This document shows, piece after piece, positions 57,206 to 59,642 of a stretch of DNA of 59,642 nucleotides (position 1 is the first letter of the stretch; every line of letters begins with the position of its first letter). The DNA comes from Thermoplasmatota archaeon (GTDB taxonomy: Archaea > Thermoplasmatota > E2 > DHVEG-1), in contig JAJISJ010000001.1 in NCBI GenBank assembly GCA_022848765.1, positions 1 through 59,642 of the forward strand. Reading direction: 5' to 3'. A program made the position numbers and the translations under genes. The notes below the pieces were generated by a model. That model worked only from the letters and a program-made list of their open reading frames with translations, had not been told where the DNA came from and searched no databases.

Positions 57206-58204
57206 TTAAATTGTTAATAATGGTAAATTCCAACCCATTGTTTTAACAATTAGAATACATAAACTACTAATCGTGACTCCGCTTAAACCATATGCATGCC
57301 AGGTTGGATAGACAACCATTTTTTTACGAATTTCTGATAATATATCATCTTCTGAGGATAATATATAGGATTTCTTATATAATTTATAGACTTCTATCAT
57401 TGAGAAATATCTTCCAATGATTATTATAGGGGTAAGAATCAATAACCAATAATTAATCGTAAGAAACATTATCATAAGTGAAATAGTAATTATCACCGAT
57501 CCAACAAAATTGGACATATATGAAATTTTTAATGTTTTTTTAAGACCCCATTTAACAGCAGGGGTAATTAAATTCATCTTTTTATCAGCAGGTGTGTCTT
57601 CAGCTTGGCTAATGAGAATAAGTGCATAATGGCCAATGGTTATACCTATTGCAGCTATTATAAAAATAATTGTATAATTTGCAGTTATAGATAATGAATT
57701 TACAAGTAAATAGGAATATACGCCTGGAATAAAAAAGATTGGTAATGCAATTAAAGAATGCAACAAACCCCGTCTTTTAAAACGGAACGGTTCAATTGAA
57801 TAGCCAACTCCTAGAAAAATCCCAATCCACACTAAAAAACTAACTTCAATTCTATTTAATTGTATAGTAATATGATAAGCAAGAATTATTGAAACGAGAA
57901 TATGAATAATTACCAGGATTCCTAGTTTATTTCTCCCCATTTTAATAACAGATTGATAAAGTTTTGTTTTATACAATTCATCAACTTTCCAATCAGCCCA
58001 ACAATTAACCATGAATCCAACATTGAAAAGAAGTATGAAAATTAAAACCCCTTCAATTAAGATAGGTGTAAATTCATAAGATATTAAACTCTGAATTGAA
58101 TCTGCACCTATAAAAACTCCAATGAATATGCCTATTAAAACAGCAGGAAGAAATTCCCATCGACTTACAGTTATATATAGTTTAAACATATCTTTTATTG
58201 ACAT
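57206..58204 (-). CDS. UbiA-family prenyltransferase (second copy)
   Basis: NCWADWKVD (NxxxDxxxD) and EDTPAD second Asp motif; 8-9 TM helices. Confidence 0.8.
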   Translation of the reverse strand: MSIKDMFKLYITVSRWEFLPAVLIGIFIGVFIGADSIQSLISYEFTPILIEGVLIFILLFNVGFMVNCWADWKVDELYKTKLYQSVIKMGRNKLGILVIIHILVSIILAYHITIQLNRIEVSFLVWIGIFLGVGYSIEPFRFKRRGLLHSLIALPIFFIPGVYSYLLVNSLSITANYTIIFIIAAIGITIGHYALILISQAEDTPADKKMNLITPAVKWGLKKTLKISYMSNFVGSVIITISLMIMFLTINYWLLILTPIIIIGRYFSMIEVYKLYKKSYILSSEDDILSEIRKKMVVYPTWHAYGLSGVTISSLCILIVKTMGWNLPLLTI

Positions 58205-58239
58205 TTTACTACCCGGCTAATCAAAGTATATTAATATAA

Positions 58240-58253
58240 TTAACTATTGTTAA
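58240..58253. promoter_or_regulatory. 13/14 copy of the palindrome (TTAACTATTGTTAA)
   Basis: One mismatch to TTAACAATTGTTAA, 36 bp upstream of the ATG of the second UbiA gene. Confidence 0.4.
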
Positions 58254-58281
58254 AAATAAAAAAATTATTATTTATCAGATT

Positions 58282-59642
58282 CTAGAAAATCTTCATGACC
58301 TCAAAAGTTTTTTCAACTTTATTACCTGCATAATCATAGGCAACAATTCTTAAATCATGTCTACCTAGACTAAATGAATTCCAATACCATTCATAAGGTT
58401 CTTCAAAAATTGTATCCTTTAATTTATTATCAATGAAAATATCAACTTTTTCTACACCTGAACCATTATCAAATAAATAAAGCATAATATTAATTGAACC
58501 GAAAATAATAATGTTATTCTCATCAGGAATCTGTTTCCTAAAAGTACCATTATTTTTATACATGAAACCCGAAATAGGCGTTTTAATCTCTAAAGTAGGA
58601 GCGTTTAAATCTATTGTTGAAAAACGCCATAGAGGACTTATTCTTCTACTGTTATCACTATCAATAGCAATAACCTGCCAATAATAAATAGATTCAGATT
58701 CAAGTTTGTCAAGATAATATGAGGTTAATCTATCAGATGAACTAAATGGGCCGAGAGTTGAAATCAGTGATAAATTATCCTTTTCAACACCAAAATATAG
58801 TTCATATACTACATCATCTTCAGGGTTAGGGTCACCACCCATCCAAGCAAGAGTTACATTAAAATCAATATTGACTGCCCCATCAGTTGGAAAAGGATTT
58901 TCTAAGGGGGGAGGTAAATAATCCTCACAGATACCTCCATAGATTCCTGAAAGATAATAAGTGTTAAACGGGGAAGCAATTCCACATTCTCCATATCCAA
59001 TCCTGAAAAAACCGTTTTCCCCCCAATTTTTACCCCAACTATTCTTACAAATCCAATATTCATTATTATTATCGTAACCAACTATTGCTACTGCATGACC
59101 ACCTGCAATATTATCTGATGTCTGTACATAAACGCCAGAATTGTAAGAAAAGAAATCATCATAAACAGTGAAACTTGTAACTAAAGGACCATGTTCTATT
59201 AATGCTTCTTGAATAGTAGCAATTGATGGGGGGTAAGAATATTTAATCCTTGAGCCATCAATTAGTTTAATAGCTTGAGATTCCCAATCAGAACAAGTTC
59301 GATCACAATCAGTTTGTTTGGGGGTATATGGGAAACAAGATTCTTCAGGTACGCCGTAAGCTTCAAGATAATTCACAGATCTAGAAATCGTCCAACCATT
59401 TGAACAACTACCACCGCCACAATAAAAAAGATGAGCCTCAGATAAATCTATATTTAATTGCTGCCCAAGTTCAATCTGAACTACAGCTTCAAGAGCACTA
59501 ATAGTACCAAAAGCAACACAGCTACCACAACTTAGCTGATTCTGAACAGGAGTAACCCAATTAACACCTTCAATATCCCGCTAATTAAAATGATCCGGTA
59601 AAGACTCATTAAAAATCAAAGAAACAGGTTCATTTTCCAAAT
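58282..59642 (-). pseudogene. Papain-family (C1) cysteine peptidase with an in-frame TAG at a conserved Trp codon; 5' end outside the window
   Basis: The frame is open from the window end. It reads ...LPDHFN-TAG-RDIEGVNWVTPVQNQLSCGSCVAFG...GGHAVAIVGYD...KNSWGKNWGENGF. The TAG (59581-83) replaces the W of the F(D/S)WR motif. C-terminal Ig-like module. Confidence 0.7.

Noticed and set aside
57201-57214. Palindrome ACAATTTAAATTGT as a further copy of the TTAACAATTGTTAA operator
   Set aside because: It has different internal spacing, lies at the stop codon of the UbiA gene rather than in a promoter, and is made almost entirely of A/T, so it may be a chance palindrome.
1-59642. CRISPR arrays, tRNA/rRNA genes, transposases, integrases, reverse transcriptase or DGR
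   Set aside because: I looked for regularly spaced direct repeats, G+C-rich cloverleaf-sized islands and hallmark enzyme motifs in all ORFs, and found none. A tRNA or sRNA search program should still be run, because reading by eye can miss them.
1-59642. Alternative genetic code or stop-codon reassignment as the explanation for the in-frame TAA (39182) and TAG (59581)
   Set aside because: TAA, TAG and TGA each terminate conserved full-length genes at the expected positions elsewhere in the window. Examples are TGA at 141 and 16296, TAG at 8699, 27644 and 58282, and TAA at many genes. Only single isolated in-frame stops are seen.

Overview
AT-rich (by eye about 30% GC), densely coding prokaryotic window. 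The gene content fits an uncultured archaeon best (MCM-type AAA+ domain, UbiA prenyltransferases, Lrp/AsnC regulators, DUF116, PRC-barrel, GGAGG/GGTGAT ribosome-binding sites), but that lineage call is inference only. I saw no rRNA, tRNA, CRISPR array, transposase or integrase.

Content:
- Housekeeping metabolism: malic enzyme, Tag glycosylase, two crotonases, biotin carboxylase, an acyl-CoA ligase, TrkA, OsmC.
- Three radical SAM genes, two of them B12-binding paralogs.
- A protease-rich predicted secretome: two C1 papain-like, one each of C25 gingipain-like, C39-like and C92/YiiX-like, plus S51 PepE.
- Two vitamin-salvage operons built on sodium:solute symporters: SSS-birA with a canonical-looking BirA operator, and thiamine pyrophosphokinase-SSS-small subunit.
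- A ThiF-type E1 plus PP-loop sulfur-transfer pair.
- An acyl-CoA ligase / serine-palmitoyltransferase-like / SDR cluster.
- A stand-alone MCM-like AAA+ gene in a small operon.

Signals not explained by the ORF track:
1. A 14-bp perfect palindrome, TTAACAATTGTTAA, present three times (plus two 13/14 copies) in promoter-proximal positions.
2. A family of intergenic hairpins with an all-purine 5' arm and an all-pyrimidine 3' arm, all in the same orientation. They are concentrated in a 1.1-kb gene-poor spacer and in long convergent spacers.
3. Three genes broken at A/T homopolymers, two genes with single in-frame stops, and a 5'-truncated MscS gene.
4. A 173-aa protein with 24 tryptophans.

All functional calls rest on motif recognition by eye. 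No searches were run.
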